Of a DNA stretch of 64,000 nt, positions 11,201 through 22,376 are shown piece after piece. This DNA comes from Basidiobolus meristosporus CBS 931.73 (taxonomy: Eukaryota > Fungi > Basidiobolomycota), in assembly GCA_002104905.1 (NCBI GenBank), contig MCFE01000235.1, positions 1 through 64,000 of the forward strand, given 5' to 3'. Position numbers and translations under genes: made by a program. The stretch's first letter is position 1. Every line of letters starts with the position of its first letter. The notes beneath the pieces were generated by a model. It was not told where the DNA came from, searched no databases, and saw only the letters and a program-made list of their open reading frames with translations.

Positions 11201-11989
11201 ATTTCTTCTCCTGGCAGCATCTTTTTTGTGAAGAATTTTTGTCTAAGATACATTATCTTATCAGCTGAACATGACTGGTAGTAAGTTGTCTTCTAATGCC
11301 TTCCAGGCATTCTTTGCCATTTTTGCTCTTTAGCATTAAATTGTCAATTTTCCTTTAACATCAAAGCATATGCATTTGCAGGCACTTTGTTCCTTCTTAT
11401 GGTACTCCAAGGCTTCCTCTCCCACACTTTTAGGAGGGCATTCTTCTCCCATGACAATATCCCAAAGGCCTCTTTGTTGTGGCAGTATCTTCATCTTCAC
11501 CTTCCACACTTGTTAGTTAGATCCATCTAACTTTTCAGCAGAGGGAAAGCTCCAGTAATAGCAGTAGTAGAAATTGCAGAGAGTGACAGCTTGGGGCTCA
11601 TAACTGTTGCAATTTAAGAAGTGATTTGGATATAAGGAACTTATCAAGAAATAGTGATAATAGTTGAACTGTTGTTTATTCATAAAGAAGCTCAGTATTT
11701 ATACCTTTGTAGAAGTAATACAGCTGCAACACTAAGTAGGGAGGGTTTCTCAATATTCAGGAGCATTCTGTAACAGTTTCAGGGTTAGCACACAATGTTT
11801 GGTAATAGTGCTAATTTGATCCTGACTATAGGGGAATAATCATAAGATCATATATCTGGAGAAAGTGGCAAAGTTAAGGCAGCAAATGAGTCCTACAGTG
11901 ACTAAGACTAGCCTAGAATTGTTAAGTAAATTTTTAGCTGCTGAATGATACCAAATAGTCCAATATTTCAACACTCCCCCTCAACTAAA

Positions 11990-13448
11990 TAATTTCTTAA
12001 TCCCAATTTCTCTCTAAGGATCTCAAACTGTGGCCTAGCTAGTGGTTTTGTCAATATGTATGCCACCATTTTGTCAGTTGGGCAGTAAACCAGCTCCACT
12101 AAGTTATTTTCTACAGCTTCCCTCACAAAGTGATGCTGTATATCAATGTGCTTAGTTCTGGCATGATTTGTAGGATTTCTAGCTAGTGAAATACAACTTT
12201 GATCATCCTTGTAAATACATGTTGGTTCACCTGAATTAAAACCTAAGTCTTTGAATAATTTTTGTAGCTATATAGCCTCCTTAGTTGCTTGACATGCAGC
12301 CATATATTTGGCTTCAGTTGTAGATAGTGACACAGTTGGTTGTTTCTTGCAATTCCAAGTAATAGCTGCACTGGCATAAAGAAATACATAGCCTGTGATA
12401 GAGCGTCTGTCAATCAGATCCCTACCCCAATCTGAATCACTATAACCATCAAATTTTTGCCTATTAGCTGCTCCAGAGTATTCCAGTACCATATTTATGG
12501 CACCTTGTAGATATCTGAAAATCCGCTTAACTGCTGCAATTTGATCTGATCCATAATTCTGCATGAATTGACTGACTATTCCAACTGCTACTGCAATATC
12601 TGGACATGTAGACACCATCAAGTACATTAGGCTACCAACCATTGATTGATAGGGAAAGTTTTGGTCCATATTTGAGCCGTGTTCATCTATAACTGGCTGA
12701 GATTTGCTTAATTTCAGGTTATTGTCCATAGTGGTTGCTGCAGGTTTGCAATTTTACATTTTCAAGCGTCTAAGAATGTCCCTGATGTACTTAGACTGAT
12801 TCAGCACAATTTTCTGCGTTGGTATGTCAAATTTGACCTCAATTCCAAGAAAATAGCTCAATTTTCCAAGATCTTTCATCTCAAACTTGCTGAAGAGATC
12901 TGATTTCATCTGTTTAAGTGCCTCTTGATCACTTGTAGCTATAATTAGGTCGTCCACATAAAGAACTGGGATGATCACACCCTTTTGAGCTGTTTCACAT
13001 ATATACTGTGATCTGCAGTGCTACAAGAGAACCCAATTTCCTTTAGATATGTGTCAATCTTGTTATACCATGCTCTGGGTGCCTGCTTAAGCCCATACAA
13101 CAGTTTTCTAAGTTTGCACACCTTATGGGGGCTTTTTGGATTGGTAAAACCTTCTGGTTGCTCCATATATATAGTTTCTTGCAAATCCCCATTTAAAAAG
13201 GCTGTTTTGACGTCCATTTGGTGTAGATCTAGACTGTGTACAGCTGCCAGGGCTAGAACTGTCCTAATGGAGTTAAACTTGGCAACCGGAGCAAATGTTT
13301 CCTTAAAGTCTAGTCCCTGGATCTGGGAATAGCCTTTAGCTACCAATCTAGCCTTGTACTTATCAATGGCACCATTTGAGGTTATCTTGATCTTGTAGAC
13401 TCATCTACATCCTATTGGCTTTCTCCCATTTGGTAAATCTACCAGTTC
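11990..13448 (-). pseudogene. pol: B1 RT-RNase H, disrupted
   Basis: TGA at 13449-13451 and 13401-13403 where B2 has TGG; 1-bp frameshift near 12985; stop at 12754-12756; motifs LYVDD, GYSDSDW and LSTTEAKY. Confidence 0.92.
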
Positions 13449-15884
13449 TCATGTTTTTGCCTTGATCAGTAATTGGTACTCTTCCTGCATGGCTTGTTGC
13501 CACTTAGTAGCATCTGGACCTTGCATTGCCTGTTCCAGATTCTGAGGTTCGGCACATAAGGCAAGATAAGCTTCTTCATGATCATTGGATGTCTGCCACC
13601 AGGATCCAGGGGCATTTCTTATACTGGTAGATCTCCTAACTGGGATAATCTGTTCTGATCTGGAACTGGTAGAATTATCTTCCATCTCTGGCTGGATTTG
13701 GTACATATCTTCTTCATTTGTGTTGATTGCATCATCAGGCAGCTGGCCAATGATTTCCATGGCTTTCTGATCTGAAATCTCGTCAAATACAACGTCCCTG
13801 CTCTTGATTAGCTTGTGAATTTTGCCTTCATAGACTCTATACCCTTTAGTATTGTCACAATACCCAAGAAAGATCCCTTTTCTACTCTTTGGTTCCAACT
13901 TTGAGCGTTTTTTGTCAGGGATGTGATAAAAAACATCACTGCCAAAGATCCTGAGGTGCTGGAGATCTGGTTTTTTGCCTGTATATGCTTCAAAGCGTGT
14001 AGAATCACGTAGTGCTGTTGTTGGGCATCTGTGCTTGATGTATACAGCGGTAGCAACAGATTCAGCCCAAAACTTGTTGTCCATTCCCTTATCATGTAGC
14101 ATAGATCTTCCCATCTCTACTATTGTTCTATTTGCACATTCTGCTACTCCATTTTGCTGTGGAGTATGAGGAACTGTGGTCTGTTGAAGTGTACCAGTAG
14201 ACAAGCAGTATATTGCAAACTCCTTTGAGCAGTATTCTCCTCCATTGTCACTTTGTAGTAACTTCAATTTACACTCAGTTTGTGTTTCTGCCATGTTCTT
14301 GAAGTGCTTAAACGTCTCTAAAGCTTCATCCTTTGTTTTGAGGAAGTACACCCATGTATATCTTGTCTTGTCATCAATAAACGTCATAAAGTATCTCTTG
14401 GCTCCAAAGGACAGTGTTCTCATGGGGCCACATATGTCTGAGTGTACAATAGCCAATATTTTGGTGGTATTGATGCCTTCTGAGCTCTTGAAACATTGCC
14501 TGGCTTGTTTGCCATATGAACATCCCTTACAAACATTCAATTTGATTGGAATTGAGTATTTTAGGCCCAAAACAAGCTGATTTTTCACCAATTGGCTCAT
14601 TTTCTGTTCCCCTATGTGTCCTAGCCTCCTATGCCACGTCTCCCAGTTGGTTTCATCAGTTTCAGCAATGTTGACATACTCAGGTACAATGATCTTGCAT
14701 TGTAACTTGTATATATTGTGATCTCTGATTCCCAAAGCTAATTTATGTCCATTTTCACTCAATATTGAGCAGCTCAGCTTAGTAAAAGCAAATATCAGTC
14801 CCTGAGTAGTTGCTTTACTGACTGAGAGTAGGTTCTTAGCTATTCCAGGTACATAGAGTATGTCAGTCAGTTTTGCTGTTGTTGCCCCTGAGTTATCACT
14901 CATATTTAGTTGCATAGACCCACTGGCGGTAGCTTCCAATGCAGAGTTATCTCCCAGATAAACCTTTCTGACGGGTATAGTCTTTAAGTTGCTGAACCAA
15001 TCCTTTATACCACAAATATGCTGTGATGCTCCAGAGTCAATATACCATTCATTACTTTGGTTACTTGCACTCTCTTGTACAGTGACAAATAACTGTTCAT
15101 CAGCAGTTATATGGTTTGCCTGCTCTGGTTTCTGTTTTTTGTCTGCTTGTTTCTTCTTGCATTCTCTTGCCCAGTGTCCTGGCTTCTTACAGTAGTTACA
15201 GCAGCCAGGTTTTCTTCGGTTTTGTTGGTTTCCCTTCTTTTCTGTATGCCTTTCTGAACTGAATAAAGCATTATCCTCAATTTTCTCTGCTTGATCATTA
15301 CCTCTGAGTTCTTCCTGGAGAAGTGTTCCTTTGACATAGTCCAAAGTCAAGTTGTCTTCTCTGCTTTCAAAAAAAAGTATGAGTGGCTCATACTTGTCTG
15401 GTAGGCTGCAAAGCAGACAGAGTATCTTTTCTTCATCATCTACACCAGCATTAATACTGTAAAGTTCTTCTGCAAGTGTCTCCATTCTGGTAATGAGTTG
15501 TAGCATGTCATCATCTGGCTTTTTTCTCATGTTAAAGAACATTTGTTTCAAATAAAGCTTGCTTGATACTGACTTTGCTCTGAAGATCTTCTCTAAGGAT
15601 TCCCATGCTGCTTTGGCAGTATTTGAGGCATGGATTTGTTCAATGAAGGAGTCTTGCACATTGATGCATATTGCATTGAAGGCCTTTCTCTCCTTCTCTT
15701 GAAACATCTCCACATCTTCTGCTGTTCCTTTGGGCTCAACTTCCTTTCCTGTTACTATGTTCCAAAGCTTTCTTTCCTCAAGGTGGATCTGCATCTTGAT
15801 TCTCCAAAGTCTGTAGTTCTTCCCATCAAACCTCTCCTTTACAGGGAAAATGTTGGTATTGCTTTGTTTGCTGGTAGAAGTCAT
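13449..15884 (-). CDS. gag: B1 Gag-protease-integrase polyprotein, 811 aa, ending at a premature stop at the start of RT
   Basis: FDGKNYRLW, CNYCKKPGHWAREC, WYIDSGASQH, WHRRLGH, HSDICGP and PQQNGVAE motifs. Confidence 0.93.
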   Translation of the reverse strand: MTSTSKQSNTNIFPVKERFDGKNYRLWRIKMQIHLEERKLWNIVTGKEVEPKGTAEDVEMFQEKERKAFNAICINVQDSFIEQIHASNTAKAAWESLEKIFRAKSVSSKLYLKQMFFNMRKKPDDDMLQLITRMETLAEELYSINAGVDDEEKILCLLCSLPDKYEPLILFFESREDNLTLDYVKGTLLQEELRGNDQAEKIEDNALFSSERHTEKKGNQQNRRKPGCCNYCKKPGHWARECKKKQADKKQKPEQANHITADEQLFVTVQESASNQSNEWYIDSGASQHICGIKDWFSNLKTIPVRKVYLGDNSALEATASGSMQLNMSDNSGATTAKLTDILYVPGIAKNLLSVSKATTQGLIFAFTKLSCSILSENGHKLALGIRDHNIYKLQCKIIVPEYVNIAETDETNWETWHRRLGHIGEQKMSQLVKNQLVLGLKYSIPIKLNVCKGCSYGKQARQCFKSSEGINTTKILAIVHSDICGPMRTLSFGAKRYFMTFIDDKTRYTWVYFLKTKDEALETFKHFKNMAETQTECKLKLLQSDNGGEYCSKEFAIYCLSTGTLQQTTVPHTPQQNGVAECANRTIVEMGRSMLHDKGMDNKFWAESVATAVYIKHRCPTTALRDSTRFEAYTGKKPDLQHLRIFGSDVFYHIPDKKRSKLEPKSRKGIFLGYCDNTKGYRVYEGKIHKLIKSRDVVFDEISDQKAMEIIGQLPDDAINTNEEDMYQIQPEMEDNSTSSRSEQIIPVRRSTSIRNAPGSWWQTSNDHEEAYLALCAEPQNLEQAMQGPDATKWQQAMQEEYQLLIKAKT

Positions 15885-16642
15885 CTTTAGAATAGATTAA
15901 GGCAATTGGGGCTCATAACCTGTTGCAATTTAAGAAGTGATTTGGATATAAGGAACTTATCAAGAAATAGTGATAATAGTTGAACTGTTGTTTATTCATA
16001 AAGAAGCTCAGTATTTATACCTTTGTAGAAGTAATACAGCTGCAACACTAAGTAGGGAGGGTTTCTCAATATTCAGGAGCATTCTGTAACAGTTTCAGGG
16101 TTAGCACACAATGTTTGGTAATAGTGCTAATTTGATCCTGACTATAGGGGAATAATCATAAGATCATATATCTGGAGAAAGTGGCAAAATTAAGGCAGCA
16201 AATGAGTCCTACAGTGACTAAGACTAGCCTAGAATTGTTAAGTGAATTTTTAGCTGCTGAATGATACCAAATAGTCCAATATTTCAACAATAACCTGTTG
16301 TAAGAGTCTTGGAGATATTGGAAGTGATTGGGATAACAATTAGATTATGTGGTTGTCACTTGAAGATTTACTGAATGTAAGATAGTACTTATACTTTTAC
16401 ATGGTCCTCGCAGTAAAGCATGTTGAGTAGATTTAGGAAGGTCCCAAGAGCATGTGTGCAAGGTTTGGGGCTGTTTGGACAACTTCAAGAATTTTTATAT
16501 TCTGAGTTCATGGCTTTTTGGTGAAAACATTCCAAATAAATCCTGACAAGGAGTTTGGTCAGTATTCTCTAGGATTTGAAGGTAATGATCTAAGTGACTA
16601 AGTTATGTGAATATTCAGGTGGAATTTCAAATTCTTATAACA

Positions 16643-16745
16643 ATATCTGCACTAAATATGACCATAAACAAGGATCTCAGACCAAGTCTATTGACTCTGG
16701 AGTATCTCAACACTTTACACACCAAAAAGAACTTTTTACCCAATA
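16643..16745 (+). pseudogene. Short copia-A protease-region fragment in the opposite orientation (outermost host of A3)
   Basis: Matches 58625-58730 (ISALNMT…DSGVSQHFT). Confidence 0.75.
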
Positions 16746-18830
16746 CTTCTTATGCAATCTGCATACTTTGTGGTTGAGAGGCTTGTTATAATGGTCAAAA
16801 GGTATCTTTTCTCTTCTCTCAGAGTATTGAATCAAAATAGCCTTCTTCATGTGGTAAACAATTTGTTACTCAACAATGTAATGCTATTATACCACTTTTT
16901 TGTCAATAATTGTGTGAATCTAAGTCAGTATTGTACTTGAGACATGGCACCTACATCAATATAAGCTTCAATGATTACCTGCAATAGTAAGCATTTAAAA
17001 TAAAGCTTTGGCACCATTTACACATGTATATGTAACCCTATTTCTATATATATTACATTTAGTGCAACAAGCCAGGCCACATCCAAAAAAGGCCATATTA
17101 ACAATGTGCCCACTGAAGGTAACAATGCAGACTCCTCAGGCTCTTAGTCAATTAGGCAAATGATAATCTCTGCAGAGCTGCAAGCTGCTGTAATATTTGG
17201 GCAGACGAAAATATGACAAAGCAATACCTTTGGTTGAAGACCAGCAAGTGTCCATCATGATATCACCACCACACTTATTATAGATATGTTGTTAGCTCAT
17301 ACCAAAGCAATTATGAGCAATTAGGTACAGTGGCTGGTAGGAAAGATGCAATGGACCAGAGAAATCAGGAAACGGTCTAGAAACAGGATGTATGGAAAAT
17401 ACATAGAGATGAAGCAGTATTCCACGTAGAGAAAGAAGTGTCTTTGCTGCAAAGAAGGAACTTGGGCAGTTCATATCACAGCCAAGAATTGAGCCATTCC
17501 CCAATATAACAGCAGAGGAATATCACACAAACTTTGAAGCACAGCAACAAGGCAAGAAGATAATGCCTACACAAAAACCTATCACAGCTTGGGAGGGAGA
17601 GACTGCAATGTTTATGCCCAAGCCTAAAGATTAAACAAAATCAATGAGCCATTCAGTCATTGAGTGCAATGATGAAGAGTGGGCTAATGTTCAAAAGTCA
17701 AATAGAAATCTTATATGGCATCACCTTAAGGCTGGTGAACCATAGGACTGTGATGAGCTCAAGGCTAAGTAATATGCACTTGACTGGCTCCATGAGGATT
17801 ATGCTGGATCCAAGCAAGCAAGCAGATTTTGGGCCAGCATTGGTATGCTCAGTAAGTGTCCCAGGAGTTGCAGAAATCATCAAAGACTGAAGAACAATGG
17901 TTGTATGGCTAAAAAACAGTGGCTTCCTCAAGAGCTCATTGCAAGGAGGGCTGAAAGCTTGTCACAGGTAGATAAAGAATATCTAGTAGCCAAAAGAGTG
18001 CTAGTATGTGACTGGCAATCATACACAGATGAATTGGTGCAGCATTGATTAGGAGAAAATTTTGTTCAATACATAAAGTACTCAGTCACAGTGACAGTGA
18101 AGGACCTGACCCTAATAAAAGCCTGCAGCTTTCTCAGCAGCCCTGCACAAGCAGGGCTAGAAGTTCCAAACAAGCAGCAAAGAAGCATCAGGTTGTGTAG
18201 AGAGTGCCTGCAAGGTACAAGCAAGCATTTATCAAGGAGAAAACAAAGTACAATACAAGAAGCACTTGGTCAAAGTGCCAATGAAAGGCCTGACAGTGAC
18301 AGAAACCTACAGTTCTCTCAGGAGCCTGCCACAAAAAGGGCTGATAGTTCTAGGTATATTGCAAAGAAATGTCAGGTTGCTGGGAGAGTGCCAGCAGGGG
18401 ACAAGTAGGCAAGAATTGATGTACCAGTGCAGCATCCATCAGGTAGTAGACAGAATATAACACAAGAAGTGCTCAGTCAAAGTAGCAGTGAATGACTTGG
18501 CAGTAATAAAGATAAAGGCAAAGAGAGAAAAAATCTACCATGCCAGAGACAGGGAAGCATTAAGAAAAAAGCTGCCTTTCTCACCAATTAATGCTGTCAG
18601 CTCAGTACAGGCTGAACTCCATTGTAGTCAAGAAAGATTATCAACAAGTCAAAAGCTGTTTTCTCCAGAGTTGCAAATTCAGCCAGCTGAGCTACACTCC
18701 AGTAAGGTAGACGAGTTTACAGAGAAAAGCAACTTGCCTATCAGAGCCTCCATGTCCTCTGTTGCTGACAGAGTGGAGATCCCACCGGCAGAAAAAGCAA
18801 CAATGTCAAAAACTTAAAAGGTAATCACAA
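16745..18830. mobile_element. CACTA-family relic C0 in reverse orientation: transposase 5' region plus the decayed partner gene on +
   Basis: 16790-17400 is the reverse-complement homologue of 22760-23430 and 51400-52860; fragmentary + ORFs at 17845-18817. Confidence 0.65.
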
Positions 18831-19000
18831 TGCCTTCAGTGAAATTTTGAAACATAAATAGGCACACCAAGAGGTTGCTGCACTTCTTCAAGTGCAGCCA
18901 TTCCAAGTGATTAGTCTTATGAGATTTATCTAACCACATAGCAGTTGTTAAGAATTCTGCCAATTGATAATGCAATTTTCATTTATCTTATACACCTATC

Positions 19001-20841
19001 TGTTGAAAAGCTTGTAATCTCACCTAAATACTCACCTAGCTTAGATACTTATATCATTACCTTCATGTCCTAGGGAATTCTAACCAAATTCCTTGTTGGG
19101 ACTTCGAATATTTTCACCACAATATCAGGTACCCAGAACATGGATATTATATAAGTTGCTCAAACAGCCCCAAATTTTGCACACATGTTCCCAGGACCTT
19201 CCTAAATCTATTCTACATGCTTATTAAGCCAAGATCATGTAAAAGTATGAATACTACTTCTACATTTGGTAAGTCATTAAGTGAAAGCCACATAATATAC
19301 TTGCCATCCCCTGCAATACTACCAATACATAACGTGATTTCAATTCATCCAGTCTCTTGATGCTTACTAATTTGACTTGATCTGAAAAATATAAATAAAG
19401 TTTACCATACCTTTTGGCTTGGTGTGTGTCTGTGCAATATAAAGACTGTGTCTCATCAACACTAAGACTCAACAATTCCATTCTGGTTTCTACCCAAGCC
19501 TAACATATCTAGCACCCCTAAAAATACCAAGCCTAGCTTACATAGCACACCATGTGCCCATGTCTGATCTGCACTTCTGCAAGATTTAGCTTTGTATCAC
19601 ATGTATTGCTTGCACAATTGCCTAAGAGCTTTGATCCTTCAGAATTTTCATGTATATGAGTTCCCCAGCTCAACATAAAAGAGAGCCTCTCATTCCAGAA
19701 TCTCCACACTACAATTACAAGCTTATAGGTTACAAGACTTCACCTGCATCACTTGTACTGTTGAGTATTCTGACTTTGATCAGTACTACATCACTAAAGA
19801 GACTGCAAAGCTCACAAGAATCCAATCTAAGTTCTACAGAAAAGCTACCACTTATCTGTTGGACTAGTCCCTTCTAAGATGTTGTAAGAATTTGGAAATA
19901 TTGGAAGTGATTGGGAGGACAAGTAGATTATGTGGTTCTCACTTAATGATTTATTGGATGTCAAAGTAGTATTTATACCTTTAGATGGTCTTGGAATAAA
20001 AAACATGTAGTATGGGCTAAGGAAAGCCCCAAAAACATGCGTGCAAAGTTCCGGACTGTTTGGACAACTTTGAGAATCTTCATGTTCTAGGTACCTGGTA
20101 TTTTAGTAAAAATATTCAGAGTAAGCCCCAACAAGGAACTTGGTCAATACTCTCTAGAGCTTGAAGGTAATGATATAAGTGACTGAGCTAGGTGAATACT
20201 TAGATGGAATTTCAAATTCTTATAACATAATACCCCATTGCTCTGAAGACACCCCTCAAAGTCTACAGACCCCTTTAGAGACACCTTAAAGTCTACAGAC
20301 CCCTTTAGAGACACCTTGAAGTCTACAGACCTGTTTAGAGACTCCTTTAAGAGACCCCTTAACTCTAAAGAAGCTCTTTCAGACACCCCTTTAGCGTAGG
20401 TCCACTCTGGAGACCACTCTAACAAGCCCCTTTGCTCTGAAGACCCTTTTAGGACTTCTATACAACAGCCCTTGAGGTTAAAGGGGAGCTTAGAATTTCC
20501 ATATTAGCAAATATTTTCTGATAAAGGAAAGTAACTTTCAAATAAGGAAATATTACTATAAAAGTAAATAAGCCTAAAAGTTGACAGAAAGTCAGAACAC
20601 TGCTGTAGAAGTGAGAAACACTGCCTATAGTATTTTTTGAGCCTGAGATTGATAACATTAGTGAAATTTATTTCTTCTACTGCTATATCAAGTTCCCAAT
20701 GAACTATTTCAATATTAGCATACTAGAAGTTATTGTATATTGTAAATTAGCCTTTACATTGTAGAACCAGTCCCAAAGTAAGCATAATACAACACAACAG
20801 CTCCCCTAATCACTTCCAATATGTCCAAATATCTTATAATA
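19001..20841 (+). mobile_element. Copia-A solo LTR interrupted by a Y-type element (~19312-20799)
   Basis: LTR halves at 19001-19311 and 20800-20841; flanks CTATC/TTATC; Y homology from ~19550 including the CCCCTTTAG array at 20230-20480. Confidence 0.75.
19880..20227 (-). repeat. Copia-A solo LTR inside Y2
   Basis: TG…CA, 348 bp; flanks TAAGA/TAATA. Confidence 0.85.
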
Positions 20842-20879
20842 TTATCCAGGTCTAGCTATAAGCTGCTTTAATACTATAA

Positions 20880-21480
20880 TATTGCCTACAGAAATCTGCA
20901 TCAGGGCCATCAAAACACTGTAGGTTTCTACCACACAAGTCAATTGTATATATTGCTTATGAGGTCAACGCAAACAATGATAGGGCCCCTCATGACTGTC
21001 TCAATGCCATGCATATTCTGCAAAAAACTGTCCAAATACCATCAATTTACTACTTTATCTGGTTGTACAGAGAGAAAATCACTACCACTATCCTGCCATA
21101 AGTGTGTGAAATGGGTCAAGAGTTCCAAGCTACAGGTATTTTATTGGTCTCATAGCAGGATCCTGACAGCTGATCTGAGTTGTGCCTACCTAAGGGACCA
21201 AGTTAATTTTCTGAGGGAAGCATGCCAGTGTCATCAGAAAGCCCAGGCTTTCCTTGCATATCTATGATTTGATATTTAAAAAAAATCATGCCAGGAACAC
21301 ATCCAGATTTCTCATCTTCAATTATCTAGTAGGAATTATATTCAGGACTGTGGATCCAATCATGTTACAACATTTAAGTGGACTTTTGATTCTTGTAACA
21401 GATAGCTGTTATCTGCTTAAAGTATACCTATAAGAACCCAGAGCAGAATGTTGAAGCTATCACATACAAACTTTAGAAGA
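20880..21480 (+). pseudogene. Highly decayed gypsy-like integrase fragment
   Basis: H…GHQNT…CHKC spacing suggests an HHCC zinc-binding domain; no long ORF. Confidence 0.4.
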
Positions 21481-21499
21481 CACAAGATGTATCATGGAA

Positions 21500-21656
21500 T
21501 ACATCATTCTTTGCTGTACAGGAGCAATATCATGGAGTTCAAGAAAGCTCCAAATCATTGCACTCTCCACCATTGTGGCAGATTATGTTTGTAGCTGGCA
21601 AAGCTGTTGAAGGAGCAATGTGGCTAAGAAAGCTCTCCAAGACAGTAGACTGGTTC
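21500..21656 (+). pseudogene. Copia RNase H relic (host of MITE 2)
   Basis: Translates as WSSRKLQIIALST…EGAMWLRK. Confidence 0.7.
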
Positions 21657-22376
21657 CATTGGATAGTGCCACATTAAGCCATGAGTGCCATATGGTGCCA
21701 TAGTGTGCCAGAGAGGCCAAGTGAGCCAATACCTGGCCACAGAGTGTGAAACATAGTTCAGCATCTCCATGCAAAGCCGCCCCTGCATTTCATCCATTGT
21801 GATAGAGAAAATCCATTTTTTGACCTTTTTTTAGGTCTATACTGTGCAGAATGTGTAACAGCACAAAAGGATTGAAGACCTGCATTAGGTACTCAATACC
21901 CATGGCACTCAGAATCTAACTCCTCTGACTTGTAACATGTCTCAAGAATGCATGGCACTATCTTGGTCCACTGGTACTATCTGGCACAGTATTTATTTAT
22001 TAGCCCTAAAGTAAGATCTAGGCAAAGCACTTATAGTGCCAGATAATACCAGTGGACCAAGATAGTGCCATGCATTTTTGAGACATGTTACAAGCCACAG
22101 GAGCTAGATTCAGAGTGTCATGGGTATTGAGTACCAAATGCATGTCTTCAATTCTGTTGTGCCCTAACACTTCCTGCACAACATTGACCTAAAAAAAAGG
22201 TCAAAAATGGAATTTCTCCAGCACAGTGGGTGAAACACAGTGGCAGCTTTGCATGAAGTTGTAGAGCTATTTTTCACACTCTGAGGCCAAGTATTGGCTC
22301 ACTTGGTCTCCTGGGCACACAGTGGCATCATTTGGTATTCATGGTTCAATGTGGCACTATCTAATGGAACAAGTCT
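21657..22376. mobile_element. Fold-back MITE 2
   Basis: Same termini as MITE 1; AGT TSD at 21654-21656 and 22377-22379. Confidence 0.93.

Larger units (their letters stand above)
11605..16289 (-). mobile_element. Young Ty1/copia element B1 (4685 bp)
   Basis: 369-bp LTRs at 11605-11973 and 15921-16289 differ at only 2 positions; ATAAC TSD at 11600-11604 and 16290-16294; PPT GAGGGGGAG; PBS at 15909-15920. Confidence 0.96.
8870..16642 (-). mobile_element. Decayed copia A3: RT 5' part, integrase, protease, gag, PBS and 5' LTR 16296-16642; contains B1 and hosts A2
   Basis: ORFs 9890-10336, 10429-10770 and 10960-11253 are homologous to A1; the RT sequence resumes directly after the A2 LTR; the PBS is split by B1. 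Confidence 0.88.

Noticed and set aside
13401-13451. RIP or APOBEC-like hypermutation
   Set aside because: Only two TGG>TGA cases were seen; the broader pattern fits CpG decay, and I could not count contexts
17845-18817. Cluster of + strand ORFs as a host gene
   Set aside because: It is contiguous with repeated CACTA partner-gene sequence and is fragmented by stops and frameshifts
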